The notes under the pieces were generated by a model. The model saw only the letters and a program-made list of their open reading frames with translations, was not told the origin of the DNA and did no database searches. From the NCBI GenBank assembly GCA_020632665.1, contig JACKFC010000017.1, positions 40,423 to 104,422 on the forward strand: DNA of 64,000 nt, in the 5' to 3' direction. Source of the stretch: Deltaproteobacteria bacterium (GTDB taxonomy: Bacteria; Myxococcota_A; UBA9042). The translations under genes and the position numbers were made by a program. Every line of letters starts with the position of its first letter. The stretch's first letter is position 1. Positions 24,229 to 33,089 of this stretch are shown piece by piece.

Positions 24229-26793
24229 GTGAGCGATCTGGAGCACGAGCATCTCGCGCCGGAGACGGTCGTCCCCGAGTTGGTTCGCGTCATGGCGTGC
24301 GCCGATGATTTGGCCCGTGGTGCCGGACATCCGCGCGGCTCGGTCCATCTCCTGCTTGCTTTGCTGACCCGGCCGTCGACGGCCCGCGACGTCCTGCTCG
24401 AAGCCGGGCTCGACCATCGTTCGCTGCTGGCCCATTTTCGTGCGTCCGGCGACGAGATCCTCGATGCCGATCCGGAGGGGACCGTCGCCGAGATCTTGCG
24501 CCAGGCGCGCGCGCTGGCCGCGCGTTCCTCCGGCGAGGTCGACCCCGCGGGGCTGCTCGCGAGCCTGTTGCGCGTTCGCTCGGCCGCCGCGCCTGGGTTG
24601 TTGCGCCGCGCGGGCGTCGATGTCGCTGCCCTGCGCGCGCGCATGATCGGCGCCATCGTCCACGATCTCGAATTCGGAGGAGCCCGCGGCCGCGGCGCCC
24701 GCCGGCCGTCGCGTCCCTCCCTGCCCTCGGTCACGACCGCGCCACAGCTGCCGACGGTTCAGCCGCGCAACCAGGGCGAATCCCTGGCGGCGCCGCGTCC
24801 GCTCCCCGTCGCCGACGGCTTGGTGCCGGCACCGCGGACTCCGCGCCGCGCGCGCACCGCTCCCCCGGCGCAGGTCGCGCTGCCCGAGCCGGCGGCGATG
24901 CCCTCGATGGAGGACGCGCCGACCATCGTCCTCGAGGTCGAGCCGCCGCCGATCCCGCAGCGGCGCGCCTTCGAACTCGACCCCGAGCGTTATCCGACGC
25001 TGTGCCGCATCGGTCGCAACCTGACCCGCGCCGCCCTGGATGGTGAGACGACCCCGCTCGTCGGCCGGCAACAGTTGGTCGACGCCGTCATCGACGTCCT
25101 CTTGATGCGCCGGGTCAACAACCCGTGCCTGGTCGGTGAAGCCGGCGTCGGTAAGACCGCGCTGGTCGAGGGGCTCGCCGCGCGGATCGCCGGCGATGCC
25201 GCGCGCTACGGCCGGCTCGCCGAAGCCGTCATCGTCGAGGTGCCGGTCTCGGCCTTGCTCGCCGGGACGTCGCTGCGCGGCTCGTTCGCCGAGCGGATGG
25301 CCGCGCTGCGGGCCGAGGTCGCCGCTGCCGAGGGCGGAATCATCGTCTTCATCGACGAGATCCACACGCTGATGGGCGCCGGCGCAGGCGATGGGCCGCT
25401 CGACGCCGCCAACGACCTGAAGACGGCGCTAGCGCGCGGGCATTTCCCCCTGATCGGCGCGACCACGCGAGTCGAATACCGCCGCTTCATCGAGGCCGAC
25501 CCGGCGATGGAGCGCCGCTTCCAGGTCATCGACGTGCCGGAGCCTTCGGTCTCCGAGGCGGTCGAGATCCTGGTCGGGCTGGCGCCGACCTTCCGCGAGC
25601 ACCACGGCATCCCCTACAGCCACGCGGCCATCGTCTCGGCGGTCGAGCTCAGTCGCCGCTTCATCCCTGACCGCGCGCTACCGGACAAGGCCGTCGCGGT
25701 CCTCGACCGGGCAGGAGCGCAGGCCCGCCGTCGGGGGCAAGCGCAGGTCGACCGGGCCGACGTCGCACGTGCGGTCGCCTCGCTCGGCACCGTCCCGCTC
25801 GAGCGGCTGCTCGACGACGAGCAGCGCCGGCTGCGCGAACTCGACGTCGAGCTCGGCAAGAGCGTTCTCGGCCAGCCCGAGGCGGTGCGGACGATCGCCC
25901 GCCGGGTGGCGCGCAACCACGCCGGCCTCGGCGGCGAACGACCGCTTGCCAGCTTCGTCTTCGCCGGGCCGCCTGGCGTCGGCAAGGGCGTCGCCGCTGC
26001 CGCGCTCGCCGAGCAGCTCTACCTGCGTTCCGACGCCGTGGCCCGCTTCGACATGAGCGATTACACCGAGTCGCACAGCGTGTCGCGGCTGATCGGCTCG
26101 CCGCCGGGCTATGTCGGCCACCAGCAGGCCGGGCTGCTCGCGGACGCGCTGCACCGTCGACCCTACCGCGTCCTGCTCTTCGAAGAGCTCGACCGCGCAG
26201 CGCCCGAGATCGCCGCGCTGGTTCAGCAATTGGTCGAGACCGGGAGCGTCGTCGACAACCAGGGCCGTCGCCTCGACGCGCGCAACGCCGTCATCGTGGT
26301 GACCACCACGCTCTCGCCGGAGCACCTCGGCCTCGGCCGCCCCGGGGTCGGATTCCTCGGCGCCCCGAGCAACAAGGGGCCGGATCCGGAGCGCTTTGCT
26401 GCTGCCGTGCGGCAGCGACTCGGCGGCGAGTTGGTCAGCCGGGTCGACGACGTCGTCCTCTTCTCGCCGCTGGGTCGAGAGGCGTTGGCCGAGGTGGCGC
26501 GCGCGGAGCTGCAGCGCCTCAGCACCACGCTCTACGACGAGCGCTTGGTCCGGGTCGACTTCTCCCCGTGCGTCGTCGAGATGGTCCTTGCCGCCGAGAT
26601 CCGAGAGGAGCTCGGCGCCCGCTGGCTGCGCAACCGGCTCGCCAGCGCGGTCGAAGATCCGCTCGGCGAAGCGCTGCTCGAAGGGCGACTGCGCCCCGGT
26701 GTGCGGGCCCGGGCGCGCGGTGTCGACGGAGCGCTGCTCTTCGAGATCGTGCCTTCTGCGACCGAGCCGCGCAGCGCCGCCGTCGGTCCCTGA
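24229..26793 (+). CDS. Clp/Hsp100-family AAA+ ATPase (ClpA/ClpC-like, no M-domain) with an intact first ATPase module (D1) and a degenerate second module (D2)
   Basis: Clp_N repeats (EHLLLALL-like). D1 Walker A GEAGVGKTA and Walker B IVFIDEIH. D2 Walker A GPPGVGKG (the Thr is replaced) and D2 Walker B VLLFEEL (the Asp is replaced by Phe). GTG start with GAGGGGGG upstream. An alternative TTG at 24163 immediately follows the terminator. Confidence 0.85.
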   Translation: MSDLEHEHLAPETVVPELVRVMACADDLARGAGHPRGSVHLLLALLTRPSTARDVLLEAGLDHRSLLAHFRASGDEILDADPEGTVAEILRQARALAARSSGEVDPAGLLASLLRVRSAAAPGLLRRAGVDVAALRARMIGAIVHDLEFGGARGRGARRPSRPSLPSVTTAPQLPTVQPRNQGESLAAPRPLPVADGLVPAPRTPRRARTAPPAQVALPEPAAMPSMEDAPTIVLEVEPPPIPQRRAFELDPERYPTLCRIGRNLTRAALDGETTPLVGRQQLVDAVIDVLLMRRVNNPCLVGEAGVGKTALVEGLAARIAGDAARYGRLAEAVIVEVPVSALLAGTSLRGSFAERMAALRAEVAAAEGGIIVFIDEIHTLMGAGAGDGPLDAANDLKTALARGHFPLIGATTRVEYRRFIEADPAMERRFQVIDVPEPSVSEAVEILVGLAPTFREHHGIPYSHAAIVSAVELSRRFIPDRALPDKAVAVLDRAGAQARRRGQAQVDRADVARAVASLGTVPLERLLDDEQRRLRELDVELGKSVLGQPEAVRTIARRVARNHAGLGGERPLASFVFAGPPGVGKGVAAAALAEQLYLRSDAVARFDMSDYTESHSVSRLIGSPPGYVGHQQAGLLADALHRRPYRVLLFEELDRAAPEIAALVQQLVETGSVVDNQGRRLDARNAVIVVTTTLSPEHLGLGRPGVGFLGAPSNKGPDPERFAAAVRQRLGGELVSRVDDVVLFSPLGREALAEVARAELQRLSTTLYDERLVRVDFSPCVVEMVLAAEIREELGARWLRNRLASAVEDPLGEALLEGRLRPGVRARARGVDGALLFEIVPSATEPRSAAVGP

Positions 26794-27702
26794 TCAGCCG
26801 ACGGCGCCGACCCAGACCGCTCGCGGCTTGCCATAGACGTCCGACAGCTCGGCAAAATCCTCCGCGGTGCCGATCTCCCGCAGCAATGCCGGGAAACGCG
26901 CCGCGAACGGGCGCTCGCCATGCGTCAGCACCTCGATCGCGCGGACAACGACTGCGTCCTGTGTCGTCTCCTCGGGCGGGGCCCGTGGCACCACGACGCG
27001 CGTGAGGGCCAGCGCTCCGCCGTGCTCGGCGAGGACGGCTTCACCCGCGGCATCGGAGCCGACGAGGCAGTTGCGCAGCGTGATCTCACCGCCGCCACCC
27101 GCTCCGCCACCGGCCAACGCGACGCTGCCGCGTCCGCCACGGTTGCCGGCGAAGGTACAGCCGACCGCGCGGATCGTGCCGCCACGGCTGGCGAAGAGCG
27201 CGCCACCGCCGGCCCCATCGGCTTGGTTGTCGTGAAAGACGCAGCTCTCGAGCTCGACCAGCGCCGGGCCGCTGCATCGCACCGCGCCTCCTTGCGGCGC
27301 CCGATTGCGGGTCAGCCGACAGCGGAGCAGGCGCACCTCGCCGCGCTGCACGTCGACGGCGCCGCCGCCTTCGCCGCGGCCGCGGCCGCCGGAGAGCAGG
27401 CAACCGACGACCTCGACCTCGGCAGGCATGTAGACCTGAAGGGCCGCGCCAGCGCCGGTTTCCGGTCCTCGAAGGACGAGTGACTCGATCCGAACCCGCT
27501 CCGCTCCCTCGAGCGAGAGCGCGGGGCCTCGATGGCCGACGATGCTGGCGCTGCCCATGCCGCCAGCGGCGACGAGGGTGATGTCGTGTGGGAGTGCAAC
27601 GGGTCCGCGATGCACGCCGGGGCCGAGCGCCACGGTCGATCCCGGCGGCAGCCCGTGCAGGCGCGGGCCGAGCGGGCCGTCGGCGACGTCGTGGCGAAGC
27701 AA
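26794..27702 (-). CDS. Parallel beta-helix repeat protein (pectin-lyase-like fold); true start uncertain
   Basis: Gly-rich ~22-aa repeats, for example ...GGGALFASRGGTIRAVGCTFAGNRGGRGSVALAGG. The ORF begins directly after the calpain gene's TAG, in the same frame. The first codon is TTG. Confidence 0.5.
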   Translation of the reverse strand: MLRHDVADGPLGPRLHGLPPGSTVALGPGVHRGPVALPHDITLVAAGGMGSASIVGHRGPALSLEGAERVRIESLVLRGPETGAGAALQVYMPAEVEVVGCLLSGGRGRGEGGGAVDVQRGEVRLLRCRLTRNRAPQGGAVRCSGPALVELESCVFHDNQADGAGGGALFASRGGTIRAVGCTFAGNRGGRGSVALAGGGAGGGGEITLRNCLVGSDAAGEAVLAEHGGALALTRVVVPRAPPEETTQDAVVVRAIEVLTHGERPFAARFPALLREIGTAEDFAELSDVYGKPRAVWVGAVG

Positions 27703-27704
27703 GG

Positions 27705-28583
27705 CTACATTCCCGTGATGTTCACGTTCGAGTAGAACTTCTTGAAGTCCTCGAGGGTGAGCTCGAAGATGCCGTCGTCCTTGCCGTCCTTGCCGGGCTC
27801 GACGCGACCCCAGGGGTTGCGCAGCTTGACGTAGCGCTTCTTGTCCTTGCCGCGACCTTTCTCGTACGCGCCGAGGATGGTGTAGGCGTGCCAGGCGTAG
27901 AGGTTGGTGCCGGCGTAGATCGCCTCGTCTTCCTTGCCGCGGGTGCCGGCGGACATCGCTTGGTTGTTGTCCGAAGCCTTCTTGATCCGGCTCCAGAGCA
28001 GGTCGTCCGGCGAGCTATCGGTCGACATATAGCTGACGCGCTTGCCCGAGAGGGCCTCGAGCGCCTCGGCCGAGCTGCCGCCCTCGCCGACGACGTTGTA
28101 GCCGCCCTTGAGCTGGGCCCAGGCCTTCTCGTAGAGCGCTGGCCAGAGCTCGCGACCGCCATCTTTGGTCTGCTGACCCTTGGCGTAGCGCAGATCGGAG
28201 TAGCCCTTCTGCTGCGGGAGGTCGCCGTCGATCGTCACCCACGTCTCGGAATAGTTCGATTCCCAGTAGTTCCGCTTGGTGAAGAAGCGGACCTTGTAGG
28301 TGTTGTCGCCGTTGTCGACGATGCCGGTCTTGATCAGGTTCGGATTCTCCGCCGCGACGGCCGAGAGGGCGGCGACGAAATAGCAATCGGCCACCGCGCC
28401 CTGGATCACGTCGGACGCGCGCACGCCGTAGTAGAAGAGGCGGTTGCGCTCGTCCTGGCCGGCTTTGCCGTAGCTCCAATCGTCGCCTTGGTGCTTGTCG
28501 CGCAGGCGCGGGTCCTGCAGGTCACGCGGCTCGATCTTCGGCTTCTTGTCTTTCTTCTGCTGTGGCTGGGCGATATCCGGCAT
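27705..28583 (-). CDS. Calpain-like (C2 family) cysteine protease catalytic domain, 292 aa, no signal peptide
   Basis: Catalytic Cys block QGAVADCYFVAALSAVA, catalytic His block AWHAYTILG, catalytic Asn block VKLRNPWG, and a domain end resembling calpain GIFELTLEDFKKFYSNVNI. ATG with GGAGG 6 nt upstream. Confidence 0.8.
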   Translation of the reverse strand: MPDIAQPQQKKDKKPKIEPRDLQDPRLRDKHQGDDWSYGKAGQDERNRLFYYGVRASDVIQGAVADCYFVAALSAVAAENPNLIKTGIVDNGDNTYKVRFFTKRNYWESNYSETWVTIDGDLPQQKGYSDLRYAKGQQTKDGGRELWPALYEKAWAQLKGGYNVVGEGGSSAEALEALSGKRVSYMSTDSSPDDLLWSRIKKASDNNQAMSAGTRGKEDEAIYAGTNLYAWHAYTILGAYEKGRGKDKKRYVKLRNPWGRVEPGKDGKDDGIFELTLEDFKKFYSNVNITGM

Positions 28584-28771
28584 GACGGCCTCCGGCGCGG
28601 CTTGCTGCGCTCGACCGATAGCGTAGGTCTCGGCCGGATCTGCGGCAAGGCAAGCGGTGCCGGCGCTGTCGACCGCTGGGGGCTCTGCGCCCCGGGGCGG
28701 ACACTCGCCGTGCGACGCGCGTTTCGCTAGAGTCCACCGCCGGCACGGTACGTCGAGCAGGAGTACGCAGG

Positions 28772-29896
28772 ATGAAGTGTTGGTCAGCAACGGGATGGTC
28801 CAGCCGAGCGCTGCTGCTCGGGTCGGTGCTCGGGACGATTCTGCTCGCCGGATGCGGCGGCGATGAAGATGGCAAGGGCGATGCCGCTGCGACGGACGCC
28901 GTGGTCGACGGGACCGACGACGACGCTGCCGACTCTGGAGCGGCCGACGCTGGCAGTGACGGCAAGACGGAAGGAACGCTGAAGTGGATCGCCTTCGCCC
29001 CGCCGGTTGACGGAAAGATGACCGATGGCGCCGCGCTCGGTGCAGCCGGCGAGGGCTACCTGCTGACCGCGGAGGACGGCGGCCTGGTTCGCTTGCTGCC
29101 GACCGGACCGCAGGTCATCACCGTCCCCGGTGTCGGCACCACCGACCTGCGCGCGGTCTACGTCGACGCCACCGGCGAGGCTTGGATCGCCGGCGACGCC
29201 TCGATCCTGGTCCAGGGCAAGGGCAGCGAGTGGCAAGTCCGGGCCGAGATCCCGCCGTCGCCGGTGACCCGCTTTCGCGCCATCGACGGCGACGGCGACG
29301 TGGTCTGGGCGGTCGGCGACGACGCCCGCGCCTACCGCAAGGCCGGCGACGCCGTCTTCGCGGCGGAGGACGTGACCGTCACCGACGGCGAGGCGATCGG
29401 CAGCGGTGGCAACTTCGTCTCGGTGCAGGTCGTCGGCGACGCCGTGTGGATCGCGGTCGACAAGGGCGCGACCAGCGCTGGCCTCGCCTTGGAGAAGACA
29501 GCCGCGGGCTGGAAATCCTATCCGCTCGATACCGCTCCGCGCGCGCTGTGGCGTGGTGCCGACGGCGCCACCTGGGTCGTTGGTGGCACCGTCGAGCCCT
29601 ACGTCGCGCGCCTGCAGGCCGGGGCCTTCGTCAAGATGGACGGGCTGCAGTGGTCGCTCGGCTTCACCGCGGTGGACGGCACCGGCGCCGACGACGTCGT
29701 GCTCGGCGCGTTGAAGGGCCAGATCCGCAGCTGGGACGGCAAGGCCTTCGCCGTCGTCCTGCCGAAAGCGCCGCCGGGGACGGTCAACCCCTTCGCCCAG
29801 CCGAGCGGCGATATCGCGGCTTTCGCCCGCGCCGCGGTCGATGATTGGCTGGTCGTGACCCCCTTCTACGTCTACCGCTACGCGGTGCAGCCTTGA
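28772..29896 (+). CDS. Lipoprotein, hypothetical (Asp/Gly-rich linker then a beta-rich domain)
   Basis: Lipobox LLAGCGG. Confidence 0.6.
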   Translation: MKCWSATGWSSRALLLGSVLGTILLAGCGGDEDGKGDAAATDAVVDGTDDDAADSGAADAGSDGKTEGTLKWIAFAPPVDGKMTDGAALGAAGEGYLLTAEDGGLVRLLPTGPQVITVPGVGTTDLRAVYVDATGEAWIAGDASILVQGKGSEWQVRAEIPPSPVTRFRAIDGDGDVVWAVGDDARAYRKAGDAVFAAEDVTVTDGEAIGSGGNFVSVQVVGDAVWIAVDKGATSAGLALEKTAAGWKSYPLDTAPRALWRGADGATWVVGGTVEPYVARLQAGAFVKMDGLQWSLGFTAVDGTGADDVVLGALKGQIRSWDGKAFAVVLPKAPPGTVNPFAQPSGDIAAFARAAVDDWLVVTPFYVYRYAVQP

Positions 29897-29901
29897 GGCG
29901 T

Positions 29902-30252
29902 GTGACCCGGGGCCCGTTGCTCGGCGCGGCGCTGTTGCTGCTCGGCTGCGGCCAGCCCGAAGAGCCCGGATTCGTCGCGAAGACGGTGCCGGCGTGCACC
30001 TCGATCACTCGCTTCGGCAGCGGTCTGCGCTGCGACAACGACGCCGGGCTCGGTGGCTGCGGCGTCGGCACGGCGGGCCTCTGCGCCTCGGGATGGCTCT
30101 GCTTCGATCGACCGGAGTTGGCGTTCTGCGCCTGCGAGACCGACGCCGACTGCCAGGGGCGCGCCGCCTACATCAACACCGCCCGGGCAGCGAAGAAGGT
30201 CGCGCCGATGGCCGCGCGGTGCGCCGCGGGACGCTGCCAGGGGGCGCCCTAG
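29902..30252 (+). CDS. Small Cys-rich lipoprotein, about 116 aa
   Basis: GTG start 6 nt after the upstream stop. LLLLGCG lipobox. About 10 Cys residues in a CxnC pattern. Confidence 0.45.
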   Translation: MTRGPLLGAALLLLGCGQPEEPGFVAKTVPACTSITRFGSGLRCDNDAGLGGCGVGTAGLCASGWLCFDRPELAFCACETDADCQGRAAYINTARAAKKVAPMAARCAAGRCQGAP

Positions 30253-31136
30253 GCGGCGTCTCGGCGGCCGAGGACCAGCCCGGTCGGCCCGGGTCCGATG
30301 CGCTCGTAGCGGGCGTCGGCGAAGCCGCGTTCTCGCAGCGCGCCGGCGACGATCGCGCCCTGATCCGGATCGCCCAACTCGAAGATGACGCAGCCGCCGG
30401 GCGCGACGACGCGTTGCGCCACCACGACCAGCCGCCGGAGCACGTCGAGTCCATCCTCACCGCCGTCGAGCGCCAGATGCGGCTCGTGGCCACGCACCGT
30501 CGGCTCCAGCTCGGCCATCCGCGCGCGGCGGATATACGGCGGGTTCGAGAGCAGGGCGGCGAAGGGGGCGCGATCGGCGAAGGGGCCCAGCAGGTCGCCC
30601 TCGGCGAGGGTGATCCGCTGCGAGAGGCCGAGCGACTCGACGTTGGCTGCCGCCCAACGCAGTGCCTCGGGGCTGCGGTCGGTGGCGAGCAGCGGCCGCT
30701 CGGGGTCGGTCTCGCCGAGCGCCACGGCGAGCGCGCAGACGATGGCGCCGGTGCCGGTCCCGACGTCGATCACCGGACCTTCGGGTGTGCCTTCGCTGCG
30801 GAGCAGGCTCGCTGCGCGATCGACCAGGTGTTCGGTCTCCGGTCGCGGCACCAGGGCACCCGGGCCAACCTGCAGCTCGATCGCGTGGAACGATTTGCGG
30901 CCGAGGATATAGGCCACCGGCTCGGCCCCGGCGCGGCGCTTGACCAGGGCCTTGAAGCGGGCCAACTCGTCCTGCTGCATCGGCCGATCGTGCTGCACGT
31001 AGAGCTGCAAGCGGGGCAGGGCGATCGCTTCGCCGAGGAGCAACTCGGCGTCGAGTCGCGCCGAGCTCGAACCGTGCTTCTGCAGGAAGGGGCTCGCCCA
31101 CTGCAGGACGCTGCCGACGGTCCAGGGCTCGCTCAC
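30249..31136 (-). CDS. prmC: Release-factor glutamine N5-methyltransferase PrmC/HemK
   Basis: NPPY motif (LLSNPPYI) and the SAM-binding site VIDVGTGTGAI. Confidence 0.85.
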   Translation of the reverse strand: MSEPWTVGSVLQWASPFLQKHGSSSARLDAELLLGEAIALPRLQLYVQHDRPMQQDELARFKALVKRRAGAEPVAYILGRKSFHAIELQVGPGALVPRPETEHLVDRAASLLRSEGTPEGPVIDVGTGTGAIVCALAVALGETDPERPLLATDRSPEALRWAAANVESLGLSQRITLAEGDLLGPFADRAPFAALLSNPPYIRRARMAELEPTVRGHEPHLALDGGEDGLDVLRRLVVVAQRVVAPGGCVIFELGDPDQGAIVAGALRERGFADARYERIGPGPTGLVLGRRDAA

Positions 31137-31837
31137 GCCTCCTCCCGCTCGGCCTGCCAGCAGGCGGTGAGCATCGACATCGCGAGGCCGGCGCGCTCGA
31201 CGCTGAAGGGCGCGTCGGCCGGGCCGAGCCAGGCGCCGATCACGGCCATCGCGGTCGCGCCGGCGGCGACCACGTCCGGGAGCGCGTCCAGGCCGAGGCC
31301 GCCGATGGCGATGACCGGCTTGGCGGTGCGCGACGCGGCCTGCTGCAGCATCGCCATGCCGCGCGCCTCTCCCGCACCCGCCTTGCCGTCGGTGGCCAGC
31401 ACCGGGCCGAAGCCGACGTAGTCGACCGGCATGCGGCGCGCGGCCTCGAGTTGGTCGAGGTCGTGGGTCGAGATGCCGACGATGCCGTCGTCGCCGAGCG
31501 TCGCGCGGGCGCGCTGCGGCGTGTCGTCATCTTGCCCGAGGTGGACGCCCAGGCCGGCGCGGCCGCGGAAGGTCGCCGCGGCTTCGAGGTGGTCGTTCAT
31601 CACGACCGGGATCTGCTCGCCGAAGGCCTCGAGGAGGTCGCGAAACCGGGAGAGCAGCGCGAGGCTGTGCGGCGGCGAGCGCTTGTCGCGGAGCTGCAGC
31701 GCGACCGCGCCGCCCTCGACCGCCGCGCGACCGTAGGCCAGCAGCAGCGCCCGCTCTTCTTCCGGATCTTCGGGCAGCACGGGCAGCAGCCGGTCGATAT
31801 CGAGGATCGCGTAGATTCCGCTCCGCAGCTGACTCAT
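31133..31837 (-). CDS. thiE: Thiamine-phosphate synthase
   Basis: Start at Met142 of the track ORF (MSQLRSGIYAILD) with a GGAGGCGGG ribosome-binding site. ThiE-like blocks LQLRDK, VVMNDH and YVGFGPVLATDGK. Confidence 0.85.
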   Translation of the reverse strand: MSQLRSGIYAILDIDRLLPVLPEDPEEERALLLAYGRAAVEGGAVALQLRDKRSPPHSLALLSRFRDLLEAFGEQIPVVMNDHLEAAATFRGRAGLGVHLGQDDDTPQRARATLGDDGIVGISTHDLDQLEAARRMPVDYVGFGPVLATDGKAGAGEARGMAMLQQAASRTAKPVIAIGGLGLDALPDVVAAGATAMAVIGAWLGPADAPFSVERAGLAMSMLTACWQAEREEA

Positions 31838-32304
31838 CCCGCCTCCGTTGCGCTTTGTGCTGCGCCCGGAAAATCCAGGTGCATCAGCACCGCGTCCTCT
31901 CCATCCGGATAATAGCCGGGGCGCACGCCGTCGCGCGAGAAGCCGAGCGCGGTGTAGAGGGCGAGCGCGGCGACGTTGCCGGCCCGGACCTCCAGGGTCG
32001 CGAAGGTGGCTCCTGCCGCGCGCGCCATCCGCAGCGTGTGCTCGACCAGGCGCCGACCGAAGCCGCGACGCCGCGCCGTGTCGTCGACGACCACCGTCAT
32101 GATCTGCAGCTCGTCGACGACCAGCCATGCGAGGACGGCGGCGCGGAGGACGTCGTCTTCGAAGAGGCCGAAGGTGCGGGTCATGGCGCTCTCGAGTTCG
32201 CGCTCCAGGGCGTCCCGGCTGTAGGGGTCGGGCAGTCCGGCGCGTTGCAGCGCGTCCCACGCCGCGAGATCACGGTGCGCGAGTGGACGCAGCGCGACGC
32301 TCAC
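31834..32304 (-). CDS. GNAT N-acetyltransferase (RimI-like)
   Basis: GTG start overlapping the engB stop (GTGA). Acetyl-CoA-binding segment IMTVVVDDTARRRGFGRRL. Confidence 0.7.
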   Translation of the reverse strand: MSVALRPLAHRDLAAWDALQRAGLPDPYSRDALERELESAMTRTFGLFEDDVLRAAVLAWLVVDELQIMTVVVDDTARRRGFGRRLVEHTLRMARAAGATFATLEVRAGNVAALALYTALGFSRDGVRPGYYPDGEDAVLMHLDFPGAAQSATEAG

Positions 32305-33089
32305 GCGCCGGCCTCGGCGACCTCGTCGAGCAGCCAATCGCGCAGCGCCCGGACGCCGTCGCCCGAGGACGTGCTCGTGCCGAGCGGGATCCGGTCCAGC
32401 TCCATGCCGCGTTGCAGCGCGACGAGGCGGCCGTGGGCGCGGTTGCGGGCGATCTTGTCCATCTTGGTCACGACCAAGCGCACGCGCAGGCCGGCCTCGC
32501 GGAGCCAGAGCAGAAAGCCGAGCGTCTCTTCGTCGGGATCGCGGCGCGCGTCCCAAAGCAGCAGCACGGCGCGCAGCTTCGGCCGTCCGGTGAGGTAGCC
32601 TTCGATCATCGGCCCGAAGCCGTCCCGCACCGCGCCCGGCGCTTTGGCGTGGCCATAGCCCGGCAGGTCGCAGAGTCGCAGGCTGCGGCCGCTGCCGTCG
32701 CTGACGTCGAAGGCGTGGATGCGCTGGGTGCGGCCCGGCGTCTTGCTGACCCGCGCCAGCTTGCTGCTGCCGACCAAAGCGTTGAGCAGCGACGATTTGC
32801 CGACGTTGCTGCGGCCGATGATGGCGACTTCGGCGGGGCCGTGGTCCAGACCCGGCGCCTCGGCGAACGAGCCGAGGTAGCGCACGTCGGGGAAGACGTC
32901 CGTGCCGGTGACCCGCTGCTTCGGGCCGCGCGGCAGGGCAGCTTCTTTCGCCGCCTTGGCGGACTTCTTGTTGGTGCGCTTCGGCTTGGGCGCGAGCGTC
33001 GGCGTGCCCGGCTTGGCGGTCGCACGGCCGCGACGACCGCCGCCGCTGCTGGCGCTGCCGCCGCCGGGGCCTGGGCGTCGTGGACTCAT
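32301..33089 (-). CDS. engB: Ribosome-biogenesis GTPase EngB/YihA with an about 90-aa basic N-terminal extension
   Basis: G1 GRSNVGKSSL, G3 DLPGYG, and TKMDK. The N-terminus is Gly/Lys/Arg/Pro-rich. Confidence 0.85.
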   Translation of the reverse strand: MSPRRPGPGGGSASSGGGRRGRATAKPGTPTLAPKPKRTNKKSAKAAKEAALPRGPKQRVTGTDVFPDVRYLGSFAEAPGLDHGPAEVAIIGRSNVGKSSLLNALVGSSKLARVSKTPGRTQRIHAFDVSDGSGRSLRLCDLPGYGHAKAPGAVRDGFGPMIEGYLTGRPKLRAVLLLWDARRDPDEETLGFLLWLREAGLRVRLVVTKMDKIARNRAHGRLVALQRGMELDRIPLGTSTSSGDGVRALRDWLLDEVAEAGA

